From Macrostomum lignano (lineage: Eukaryota), in the NCBI GenBank assembly GCA_002269645.1, contig NIVC01000245.1, positions 124,001 to 188,000 of the forward strand: a stretch of DNA of 64,000 bases, in the 5' to 3' direction. Positions 12,181 through 22,648 of this stretch are shown here, piece after piece (the first letter of the stretch is position 1; the number at the start of each line of letters is the position of its first letter). The notes below the pieces were generated by a model. That model ran no database searches, was not told the DNA's origin, and saw nothing but the letters and a program-made list of their open reading frames with translations. A program made the position numbers and the translations under genes.

Positions 12181-12732
12181 GAATTAATTATTAAACTAAT
12201 AATTTACTTTACTGCTAAATTTGTTTTTTTATTAACAGGTACCAACTGCTTTTTGTAATAAATAGGATTCTATATCAACTATATTATTATATCAAATATG
12301 ATAGTATAAAAATAAGTTATAAAACTTTAGTTTTTTAACTTGCTTCTTTAAAAGTTCTTCAACTTGTCTGTTTGCTTTATGTTGAAATTTGCTACTTTGT
12401 GTGTCAAAAGTGAACACTAAACTCTAGCAAGGGGTTTTGCACCTCCTTTCTGAATGTTGAGTACATGTCTATACTAAATGTATAACAAAGGACATACCAA
12501 GAGCTTCATTAAAACATTTTTGTCTACTAAATGTATGCCAGTTATATTAAATATATGCTGGATAAAGAGAAAGCCGAATATCAACATATAGGTTGTTATG
12601 ACACATTTTGTACTCCAAAGTGCATTGTCAGGCATATTGTTTGGAATGAGAGAAACAGTGAACAAAGCAAATTTAGAAATTATTTTTTGTCAATGTAACT
12701 AATAAGTAAATATTTTTTGTAAGCAGTTAAGG

Positions 12733-13450
12733 TCAGTGCTCTCTAACTTTGAATATATGGAGAACATGGCCTGCACCACTATGCTGAAGTACATGCATAT
12801 TAAAGGTGGGTGACTGGTTTTTTATGTAAAAGGCTTCTAAGATCTTGAGTTTGTAATCAGATGGGCATTGGTCGATGATTTTAAAGCATTCATCAGGTGT
12901 GCAACTAGAGCAGCTGTTGCATTCCAAAAGGTGGGTTTGGATGGCCATTGGTTTGAGCCAGTGCTCCCTGATTCTAGTGTGCAAGTGTCTTGGTTCTTTC
13001 CACATAGCAGACGCCACGTAAGACAACACCTGCATGTAGAGCATGGGGTACAAGCGACTTTAACCAATTGACAAAACTGCCAACTTTAGAAGAGAGGTAA
13101 ATAATGCAAATTTGCCTTTTGAACAAGTTGTGGAATAATTTTCAAATCCTGTTTTTGAAAGGGAGAATGCCGATTAGTTCACTTAGATCAATGTGATTAG
13201 GTGAAGATCACATTAAAGAGTAACCATTTTGTTTGAGCACTTTGGTCAAAAACCTGATTTCTTGGTCAAAGTTGATCCAGGATTTGCAGATGGTGTAGGC
13301 TCTGTGAAGCAAGCATCTGATCAGACCAGATTTCTACTGTCGGAGTCACAAGGCATGAAAGTTAAGATTGAGGAAGGTTTTTTGGAGAAAACTAGTGGAG
13401 AGGGTCCATAGACAATGAAATGGATGTTGGGTTGCTTTTATACACCAATT
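12733..13450 (-). pseudogene. Decayed Penelope-like element fragment (GIY-YIG end, possible RT thumb remnant)
   Basis: RHLHTRIREH...AIQTHLLECNSC...FKIIDQCPSDYKLKILEAFYIKNQSPTFN parallels the GIY-YIG C-terminus of the intact PLE at 19694-21673. QPNIHF near 13420 resembles HPNIKFT. Confidence 0.72.
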
Positions 13451-16169
13451 CAATAGCAAGGTGAATAGCAAGAGACTGAGCCCTTGGTGCTCTCCAATGA
13501 ACCTTGGATGTGCTCCAGAATCTGATTGTGGTGTTGTGCATTATATTATAGAGCCTGCTGACAAGCATGGTTTGTAAGAGTTCATCCTCAGCTGCTTGAT
13601 AAGTCTTCCACATCCAGCTTGTCAAACTTGCAAAAGTGGGCCATATCATGGAGTCTTTAGGCGAAGGTCTGCACTGGTTCAGTTGGCTCCTGATGCATTG
13701 ACATGAACTTCAACCATTCAGCAATAAGAAGCTTCTTTTTTGGGAGACTCTTCTCAATGATGAGCTTGATGAGATGATATGCCAGCTTCAATGCCACCAC
13801 TGCCAGAAGCTCCAGCATTGGCAGCCTTGTCAGCACCCTCATTGGCGGCCTTATCAGAAGCTCCACAAGCAGCCCCGAGGACGAAGTGCCGCTTGGTGCA
13901 ACTTGAACACGCAGTCTTGAGAACAAGCTGCTGCAACAAGCGCCTTGCAGTTGCGCATTGACAAATCTACACAACAAAAGTGTGCGCCATCATCAATGCC
14001 CAGGCTGCGGCACCTGTACAGCAGTAGGTACCGCCAAGCAGCCACCGCCACAAGCCAGGAAAGGCACACTGTGCAGCTGCCGACATCATAAAAGGTGCCA
14101 AAACGGACAGCATGCAGCCCTTGGCTAAGCGCAGCCTTATCAGCTCCAGCACTAGCTCCGGTAGGATCAATGGTTGACAGAGAGCACATTGAGAACACTC
14201 AGCGAGAGGCGATGCATGCTCCTTTGTGTCAACATAGCAAGCAACTCAAGAAGATCGCCTACACAATCCACTAGTATCTGATGCGGATTGGCCATCTACG
14301 ATTGGATCATTAGATCAGGTCCAAGAGGAAAGTCTCTACCCTTTAAAATGTCCCACACAAAAGTACTTGAATATGGAATAGGCATTCATATTATATAAAT
14401 TTGCTTTTCATATATTAACCCTTTTTGTCTAAACTATTTTCTAGTGCAGGCATATTGTGTTGTAGTTATTCAATAGATTGATGTCTCCTAATAACTTAGC
14501 TTAATTTGCTTGAAAATCCCATTTGGCTGACAATAATAGTTTATCTCATAAACATTGATAGTGTCATAGATCTTCTCCATGGTAGGTCTTTTACACAACA
14601 TTGATAATGTAATCAAATTTGTCCTTGTACATTTCATCTGCTAATTTGCTAGGTGATAAGTCTATTGCCATGGATAGTCCATTCTCAACTATCTCCCTCC
14701 TTTCCTGTTGCTATTAGTATTGAATTTTGTCCCTGCTCCACAAGTTGTATGCATAAGCAGGATGCTCTTCTAGTTCATCCAAGGCCTGCTTGCTAATTGT
14801 TCAATATAGTAGCTTCCTCTGCTGCAGTGCCATTCTACTTGGGTCTATTAGTTGGAGATTGGGCAAGAAAACAGATTCCTCCGGGTTTTGGAACTTTTTT
14901 AATCTATTGATATGTATTCAGATTGGTTTCTTGTTATTGTCTTTTAAAAAGTTATTTGTTACATTTATTATAAAAATTATATTTTCTTAACTATATAGTA
15001 TTATATCTTATATCTAAAGCTAAGCAGACTAATCAATTGATAGACTAGTAGGCCAGGTTTAATGTGTATCTCCTAGATGGCAGGAAACTTAAATGCAAAA
15101 CATATAATATAGAATTTTCCTATGCAACAAATAGGCTATTTTAGTGTTGATATTTTTAATATTAAGTTTGTGAAAAAAGCAGAAAATACTTTTCTTAACC
15201 TTCTTTGGCCACTTTGCTTGTCCAGTGGAAGGGAAGTGGCATGTTTGTAAAAACAACCTCCCCAACCTTAGCTTGCAGGTTGCTATATATTAGAAGGGGT
15301 AGGTGACACATTTCCTAGGTTTAATGCAAATAACCTTCCATGCCATATTGGGGCTGCAATTGAATTTTAATGATTCCCCTAGAATAGGGAAGGTCAGGCT
15401 GAGTGTACATAGCAATGTACAGTATTAATAAAGGTTATAGATAGCTAGGACCCAGTCCAATATTTTTTATTTTAATCTATATTTTTAGAACTAGAACTAA
15501 AATGTTTACAACTTCTAAGGTTTCAAAAACATATGTTATAAAGCAACACTCAGTTGGAAAACAAAGTATAAACTATAACAGTTTCATTTGGGTAGGCACA
15601 AAAACATTTTTGAGCTTCTCATCAATCACTGGAGTAAGTAAATTATTTTATATTCTTTTTCAACTCTTTTTTCTAGTAAGAGACATTTTTATAGTCTTGA
15701 CTGTTTTATTTATTTACCAAGTAAGTATACAATTATTGACCTATGATTGTTCATTTGATTGCATGCATTCAATTTATTCAGCCCATGGTATGGTGTTGTA
15801 TATATTTATCAAGCTCCTAATTTTACTTTTTGCTTAAGCAAGAGCATTTTAATAAAGAAGTTAAATTTTGTGCCAGTAAAAATAAAAATATAGCTTAATT
15901 GATTATAGACATTGCCTATGCTAATTGAATAATTTTAAATAGCAGTGGAAAAAGCAATGCAAATGAAAATTCAATAATGGTCTTCTTATTTTTGGTATGT
16001 ACTAATATTCTATGACTACCTTTACGTGGTTATATTTTTAGAAGCCATGATGCTGATTAGGCAGATAAAGAACCCATGGAGCTAAGTTCATTATTGCATG
16101 AAACTGAATCTATTGATTTTCTAAACTGTTCTAGCTATAAAAAAGCAATTGCGGGACTGCTTTGATAGC

Positions 16170-17440
16170 TAGTAGCAAAAACATCAAGAGCTGCTTGATT
16201 GCTTTGATGAAATGCAGAATCAACAAGGAATTTACCAACTGTGTGCCAAAGCAAAAAGCTCATACCAATGCTACATGTGTGGTCTAAATGAGGTTTGTGC
16301 CAAGTGCCTTGCTAGGCATCATTAGGAGCAGCCTTTCCACCCAGTTGAAAAATGGAATGTGGGTTTGTAACTGGGTTTTAGCAGCTTGCATTGTCTATTC
16401 TAGAGTTGTACAGGGCCAATACTTCTAACAAGTCAATGAGAAGACAAGGCACCATATCTTATGCCTATGTACAACTCTAGTAATAGCTTCAATGGATATA
16501 ATTTTCATCACTGAATAAGGTGTATGATTACGCTATATAGTTTGTATAGCTTTTTTTCTATTGGATACTAGTGATAACAATATATAAATTTGAGATGAAG
16601 GAGAAGTAATTTTTTATCATTTTATCTATTTTTAATGAACATATTGTGTTTTAATTTTTGTTCAAAGTTAAACCATCTTAACCAAAAGTGTGATCAGTGT
16701 GTATGGAATTCTGGACATCAAATTCAAAAGGTCTATTTAATCTATTATGACTATTACAAGATGAAAAATCCATCACCATTTCATAATTAATTGTGTTCAT
16801 TTATCTTGTATACTACTCATCCTACTAATTATTTGAATTGTTCCATATTTCTATTATAGCTAAAGAGCTAAATGTCAAGTTGCACTTTTTCAGCTGCATT
16901 TCAATCTACTAGGCCTTGATTAGTCTTGGGTATTGGCTTGCAAAATCCATTCCTAAGAAGGTTTATAGGCCAAAAGCTATGTCAATTCACCTTATGCTAC
17001 TTATAGAGTTGCTCAAGCAGTGCACCAGTGCCTCACTATTTTCTATTTGCAAGGCACTGCACTTACACAAAACTGCAATGTGAAACTTTAGGCCAGTAAG
17101 TCATGCTTTGCTTTACTTTCAAGTATAATGTTTACAATTTGTTAGACTCCATTGCACTATAGCATGCTACTTTAATTCATTCAAAAAGACTTATATGAAT
17201 TTTTTGTATGTATTGCTGCTATCTAATGTTTATATGAATAGCCACAGTTTTATATTTATATGGATTTATACACCATATTTTTAATACAGTTCCTATTTTT
17301 CATATCAAGAATATTCTTTCAAATGACAAATTTTATCACCCTTATTTAATAGGTGAACATCTATAGACGTCTAAATACATTTGGTACATTCAGGGCATTT
17401 GAGCATCAAGTCAATGACATTTGGTCTATTAGAAAAGTAA
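16170..17440 (+). pseudogene. Decayed, intron-containing CxC2/CxC3-type cysteine-cluster gene of a KDZ (Kyakuja-Dileera-Zisupton)-like DNA transposon
   Basis: 16264-16358 reads YQCYMCGLNEVCAKCLARHH*EQPFHPVEKWN (C..C.....C..C...H...PFH..E.W). 16915-17080 reads LISLGYWLAKS...LLIELLKQCTSASLFSICKAL. Exon-like blocks have GT/AG ends and there are in-frame stops. No DDE catalytic domain is visible. Confidence 0.6.
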
Positions 17441-17669
17441 GCTGCCTTGCTTTCTTTGTGGTGAGACATTTAAAGCAAATAGTTTGTAGTTTTTTTATTA
17501 GCAAATGGCTTTTTATGTTTTGTGTTTATTCCACTAGAATGCATATACAAATTGTGTTGTCAAATGTTCCATTAAATATAAGCTAAACATTTCTAAAAAA
17601 TTCAAAAAAATATTCCTGAAAAATTTCCATGCTATATTTGAATAGACTGGTATGTTGAAAACTAATAGC

Positions 17670-17940
17670 AAAGTTACTTCAACTACAACTACAGCTGAGA
17701 GCATTGCTAGTTTGACTATAACTACTAGAGCTAAGTACATGGCTAGTTTAACTATAACTATTAGAGCTAAGAGCATAGCTAGTTTGACTAGGCCTATAAC
17801 TAATAAAGCTAAGAGCATAGCTAGTTTGACTATAACTAGAGCTGAGAGCATAGCTAGTTTGATTATAGCTACTATAGCTAAGAACACAGGTAGTTCAACT
17901 ACAACCACTACAGCTGAGAGCAAAGCTAGTTTGACTATAC
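17670..17940. repeat. Degenerate ~39-bp repeat (gagcatagctagtttgactataactagagct)
   Basis: About 6 imperfect copies, CpG-free and rich in TAG/CTA. Confidence 0.85.
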
Positions 17941-18779
17941 TTTATTTATAACATAGGAAATTTATAGTACAACCAATACTTTATGAAAGGGCATTGCCTT
18001 CAAAGTTTTTCTAAGTAGTTTTGCATTTTGATTTGTAAGAAATGCATCAAATTGGTATATGTACTAGTTGTTTTTGCTCTTACTTTATAAATCCAACTGT
18101 TATGCCAATACCACCAAGTTGTCACAGCTAGGCATCTTTCCTCTCTAATTATATATAATCTTATTCTATTAATTCCTACTCTTTCTAGTAGCTTAATTCT
18201 AGTAACTTTCTGGTAGCATTCTAGTAGTGTTTTATAGTAGCTTTCTGGTGGTGTTTGTTCTGGTAGCTTTCTGATAGCATTTATATATTATTGCTTGAGC
18301 AGTCTAAAGGTACATGTATTCTTTCTAGTCTCTAAGGCATTACCAGGATTAAAGGGTTATAGCAATTACTCTTATTGTGCCATAGACATTTGTGTCCTTG
18401 ACAAAGGTAGACAGAAAATGTGAGTAGAAAAGGGGGTGTGGGGGCAAAGCCCCCACCAAAAGCCATGACAAAATACCAAATAAGATTTTTAGCTGTGCCT
18501 GTAGTACAGTACTAACTTAAGAAGAGAAGAGAAGAGATTAGACTTATCATACCACAGACTGCATACGGTTTGACTAAGACAAACTAGATCTAAAAGCATG
18601 ATCAACTATATAACAATATCACAAAGGGCGAGATAAGTGGATTGAATGCTGATGAATTAGAATTTGTATTTGTAACTCATCAATCTACTAGACGCAGTCA
18701 TGAATCGGCTGTCTCATAATATGATGAACTTCTATTGGTTGACTCAAGACGCATCAACAAGTTCCTTCTAAACATGAGT

Positions 18780-19130
18780 TTCCTGAACTAGACAAGATAG
18801 ACCTCCAAGAGATAACTAATCTGGAGAAGGCTGCTGTTGTACAATCAATAGAGAAGCAGACGGATGCCTACTCTGGAAGACTGAAGGCTTTTCTGAGTGA
18901 AAGAGGTCTTTCCACTGACATAGAGACTATGCCATCAAGGTATTTATGCCAGTAGGCCTACCTAAGACTCTGAGTCTGGTTTTCTATTGTATAGAAAGCT
19001 GACAGCTACGCCTATAGTTGCAGCACACTAGTTTGCATGAGGGCTGCTATTCATCGTTTTCTGCTGGCCAAGTGGGGTTTGTCTCTGATTAGGAATCCCA
19101 ACTTTGTTGAGCTTGGACCTATCGCCTGCT
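18780..19130 (+). pseudogene. Decayed Crypton-type tyrosine-recombinase (DUF3504/KCTD1-ZMYM-like) N-terminal fragment
   Basis: One continuous frame: EITNLEKAAVVQSIEKQTDAYSGRLKAFLSERGLSTDIETMPS...FSIV*KADSYAYSCSTLVCMRAAIHRFLL...LIRNPNF. It matches the remembered consensus VRK.DG..YS.S.L..MRAAI.R.L...I..DP.F and has three in-frame stops. Confidence 0.62.
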
Positions 19131-19443
19131 TCTAGCTAGTGCGTCCAAGGGCGAGTTAATGTCATTAACTGCCTGCTAATTTGCATTAAATTAAGTTTGA
19201 CATAGACAGTTTGTTTGATATTTCGGTTATCTTCAAGTTTCGTTCGTTTAATTCCAACACCCACAAGCAAGCGGGCTTAAATGTAGTCTATGGCATTAAA
19301 AGGCAAGAATAAGTGCCCGGCGGGCACAAAGGTCATGGTACAATGAATATTGAACATCTACTAAAATGTCTAAATCTACTAAATAGAATTGCGGTAGAGA
19401 AGCACTCTTAACAGATAATAGTAAGACGAAACTCAATATTATT

Positions 19444-19481
19444 TGCGACGCGTTTCGGCTAAAACTAGCCATCTTCAGGCA
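19444..19481 (-). ncRNA. Minimal type I hammerhead ribozyme (PLE pLTR, left arm)
   Basis: Exact reverse complement of 22611-22648. Confidence 0.8.
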
Positions 19482-19622
19482 CTATCGAACAGAATTTATT
19501 TCAACTTATTAAATACTGTGTAGACGACAAAATCAGGTATTGAAAAGATATAAAAGGACTAAAGGATCAATGTACAGTATAGCAATGTTCATAATATTTT
19601 TTTGTGGAATGACAGGACAGAG

Positions 19623-19666
<44 letters not shown>

Positions 19667-19693
19667 GCGTATGCGCCCCAAATGTACTCTAGC

Positions 19694-21673
19694 TTAGAAC
19701 ACCAACAGCCGTTCACTCGCACCTCCTCCAGATAGTTGGACATTGAGAATGGGTTTGTGTAACTTAATGTGCAGAGCTTCAAGAATGTTAAGTTTATGCT
19801 CATTTTTGCTGTTGTCTATGACCTTGAAATGAGAGGTTATGTCTGGCTCATCACAACAACCATGGCATTGCAGCAAATGTTCCTGAATCGGAGAGTTTCG
19901 TTGTCTATGTTCCTTGGCTCTCGTGAGTAGGTGTCGCTTGGTTTTACCAATGTAGGTAATGCTCTGGTCAACAGAGCAACGAAAACGATAGATGACACCT
20001 GCCTTGAGAGCACATGGAACACGAGACTTTAAACTGCCAACGAATTGACTGACTTTATGAGTACGGAACACTACATGAATCTTAGTCTTAAAGAATTTTT
20101 GGCAAGTTTTGCGAATTTGCCTCTTAAACACAATCGAAGAGTTGCCCAAAAACGGAAGAGTCAAGATTGGTTCTCCTGGTTCTCTATCTGGCCGTTTAGG
20201 TTTAAGCTTTTTTTCAATTTTTTCATCTAAGAAATTACCAATAACCTTCATGATGTAGTTAATAGGGTATCCATTGGCAGTGAGAATATTGATAATGTTG
20301 GTAAACTCGTTGTGCAGCAACGACCAAGAGCAACATACTGTATAGGCCCGATGAAGCAGACAACGAATGACTCCCGTCTTCCATTCCCTGGGGCACAACG
20401 CCTGGAAATTAAGCATCAAGTTAGTGAATGTGGGCTTGCGATACACTTCGGTCTCAATAGCGCAGTCCTTCAGATGGATCTCGATGTCAAGAAACGGAAG
20501 TTTCTTTCCACCATATTCCACGGTGAATTTAATGTTAGGATGGGTGGCGTTTATTGTGTTGAGAAATTGCAGAAAGTCTTCCTCGTTATCAAAAATAGCG
20601 CAAGTGTCATCGACATACCGTTTGTAAAATTTCGGAGCACAGCTTTTTTCCATCCAGGTTTTCTCCCAATGCGACATGCAAACGTTAGCAAGAGTGGGGG
20701 CAAGAGGGCTGCCCATAGCGCAGCCGTCAATTTGCTGGAAGTACTTATCGCCGAATTGGAATATCCCAGACGTGGCAATAACCAACAATTTCTTAAACAC
20801 TTTCTCCGGGATTGGTGGCGTTGGGTTGTCTTTGAAGACCAAATTGGTAGCAATGTCGATCGCCAGATTCAGCGGAACATTGGTAAATAGAGAGGTGACA
20901 TCGAAGCTATACAATTGATCTTCATGAGATGGGGTGTAATTGCTGATGGCTGTTATGAATTCCCTATTGGACCGCAAACTGAAATCCTGAGGGATGCATG
21001 GCTTGATAAGTGAGTCTAGAAATTTAGCCAGCTCATATTCAGCCGTGTTCAGCATAGACACAATGGGTCTCAATGGTTTGTCTTCCTTATGGACCTTGCA
21101 CGAGCCATAGAGTTGGCCAGGTTGACTCCCACACGGCATAATCTTCTTGTACACATGGTCACTTATGTGCGGTCTGACATAGGTTCTAATATAGTTTTGG
21201 ATAGAGCGTTCAGATTTAAGAACAGGGTGTGACACGGTAACCATTTCATCGGCAGGTCCTAAGCATTTAAATTTGGTTTTGTCTTGAATTAAGTTGGTCA
21301 TTTTGGCCTCATATTCAGCACTGTCTAAAATAGCAACGCCATAGCCCTTGTCAAAGCTCAAAATCTTGATTTGTTCATTATTGCGGATGTCCTTAAGGGT
21401 TCTGTGAAAAAAATTGTTCTGTTTACTGTTGATGGACATGAGAGCACGTGAGCAGAAGTGATCAGTGTCAGAGATAATTCTGTTCTTGCAACCATCGGGA
21501 AGGAAGTGCGCGTCATGGCTACCGGTATTACTAAGAGGTCGAGTACACTTACCAATGGCATTCTCTAATTCAGAGAAGAGGTGAAACTTGTTGAGCTTGG
21601 AAGGAAGAATCGGGTGTTTCAAACCAAATTGCAGTGCATGTAGCTCATTTAGAGAAAGCTCATGCCGGGAAAG
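19694..21673 (-). CDS. PLE reverse transcriptase + GIY-YIG endonuclease, 5'-truncated at the inversion junction
   Basis: PLRPIVS, FDVTSLFTNVP, QIDGCAMGSPLAPTLAN, YKRYVDD and GVIYRFRC...YIGKTKRHLLTRAKEH. The frame is open back to LSRHELSLNELHALQFGLKHP at the junction (21675), with no native ATG. Confidence 0.95.
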   Translation of the reverse strand, partial: LSRHELSLNELHALQFGLKHPILPSKLNKFHLFSELENAIGKCTRPLSNTGSHDAHFLPDGCKNRIISDTDHFCSRALMSINSKQNNFFHRTLKDIRNNEQIKILSFDKGYGVAILDSAEYEAKMTNLIQDKTKFKCLGPADEMVTVSHPVLKSERSIQNYIRTYVRPHISDHVYKKIMPCGSQPGQLYGSCKVHKEDKPLRPIVSMLNTAEYELAKFLDSLIKPCIPQDFSLRSNREFITAISNYTPSHEDQLYSFDVTSLFTNVPLNLAIDIATNLVFKDNPTPPIPEKVFKKLLVIATSGIFQFGDKYFQQIDGCAMGSPLAPTLANVCMSHWEKTWMEKSCAPKFYKRYVDDTCAIFDNEEDFLQFLNTINATHPNIKFTVEYGGKKLPFLDIEIHLKDCAIETEVYRKPTFTNLMLNFQALCPREWKTGVIRCLLHRAYTVCCSWSLLHNEFTNIINILTANGYPINYIMKVIGNFLDEKIEKKLKPKRPDREPGEPILTLPFLGNSSIVFKRQIRKTCQKFFKTKIHVVFRTHKVSQFVGSLKSRVPCALKAGVIYRFRCSVDQSITYIGKTKRHLLTRAKEHRQRNSPIQEHLLQCHGCCDEPDITSHFKVIDNSKNEHKLNILEALHIKLHKPILNVQLSGGGASERLLVF

Positions 21674-22425
21674 GCATGCTTAATTTCCAGGCGTTGTGCC
21701 CCAGGGAATGGAAGACGGGAGTCATTCGTTGTCTGCTTCATCGGGCCTATACAGTATGTTGCTCTTGGTCGTTGCTGCACAACGAGTTTACCAACATTAT
21801 CAATATTCTCACTGCCAATGGATACCCTATTAACTACATCATGAAGGTTATTGGTAATTTCTTAGATGAAAAAATTGAAAAAAAGCTTAAACCTAAACGG
21901 CCAGATAGAGAACCAGGAGAACCAATCTTGACTCTTCCGTTTTTGGGCAACTCTTCGATTGTGTTTAAGAGGCAAATTCGCAAAACTTGCCAAAAATTCT
22001 TTAAGACTAAGATTCATGTAGTGTTCCGTACTCATAAAGTCAGTCAATTCGTTGGCAGTTTAAAGTCTCGTGTTCCATGTGCTCTCAAGGCAGGTGTCAT
22101 CTATCGTTTTCGTTGCTCTGTTGACCAGAGCATTACCTACATTGGTAAAACCAAGCGACACCTACTCACGAGAGCCAAGGAACATAGACAACGAAACTCT
22201 CCGATTCAGGAACATTTGCTGCAATGCCATGGTTGTTGTGATGAGCCAGACATAACCTCTCATTTCAAGGTCATAGACAACAGCAAAAATGAGCATAAAC
22301 TTAACATTCTTGAAGCTCTGCACATTAAGTTACACAAACCCATTCTCAATGTCCAACTATCTGGAGGAGGTGCGAGTGAACGGCTGTTGGTGTTCTAAGC
22401 TAGAGTACATTTGGGGCGCATACGC

Positions 22426-22469
<44 letters not shown>

Positions 22470-22610
22470 CTCTGTCCTGTCATTCCACAAAAAAATATTA
22501 TGAACATTGCTATACTGTACATTGATCCTTTAGTCCTTTTATATCTTTTCAATACCTGATTTTGTCGTCTACACAGTATTTAATAAGTTGAAATAAATTC
22601 TGTTCGATAG

Positions 22611-22648
22611 TGCCTGAAGATGGCTAGTTTTAGCCGAAACGCGTCGCA
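22611..22648 (+). ncRNA. Minimal type I hammerhead ribozyme (PLE pLTR, right arm)
   Basis: tgc-CTGAAGA-t-GGCTA(gttt)TAGCC-GAAA-CGCGTC-gca: catalytic core, 5-bp stem II, palindromic ACGCGT in place of stem III, GUC cleavage triplet and a 3-bp stem I. Confidence 0.8.

Noticed and set aside
13657-14330. Several short overlapping ORFs (Ala-rich)
   Set aside because: No recognisable motif or splice structure; probably decayed transposon sequence, so left unannotated.
21634-22398. 254-aa stand-alone GIY-YIG nuclease gene
   Set aside because: It is the inverted pLTR copy of the Penelope ORF's 3' end; the ATG-containing leader is antisense sequence of the truncated ORF.
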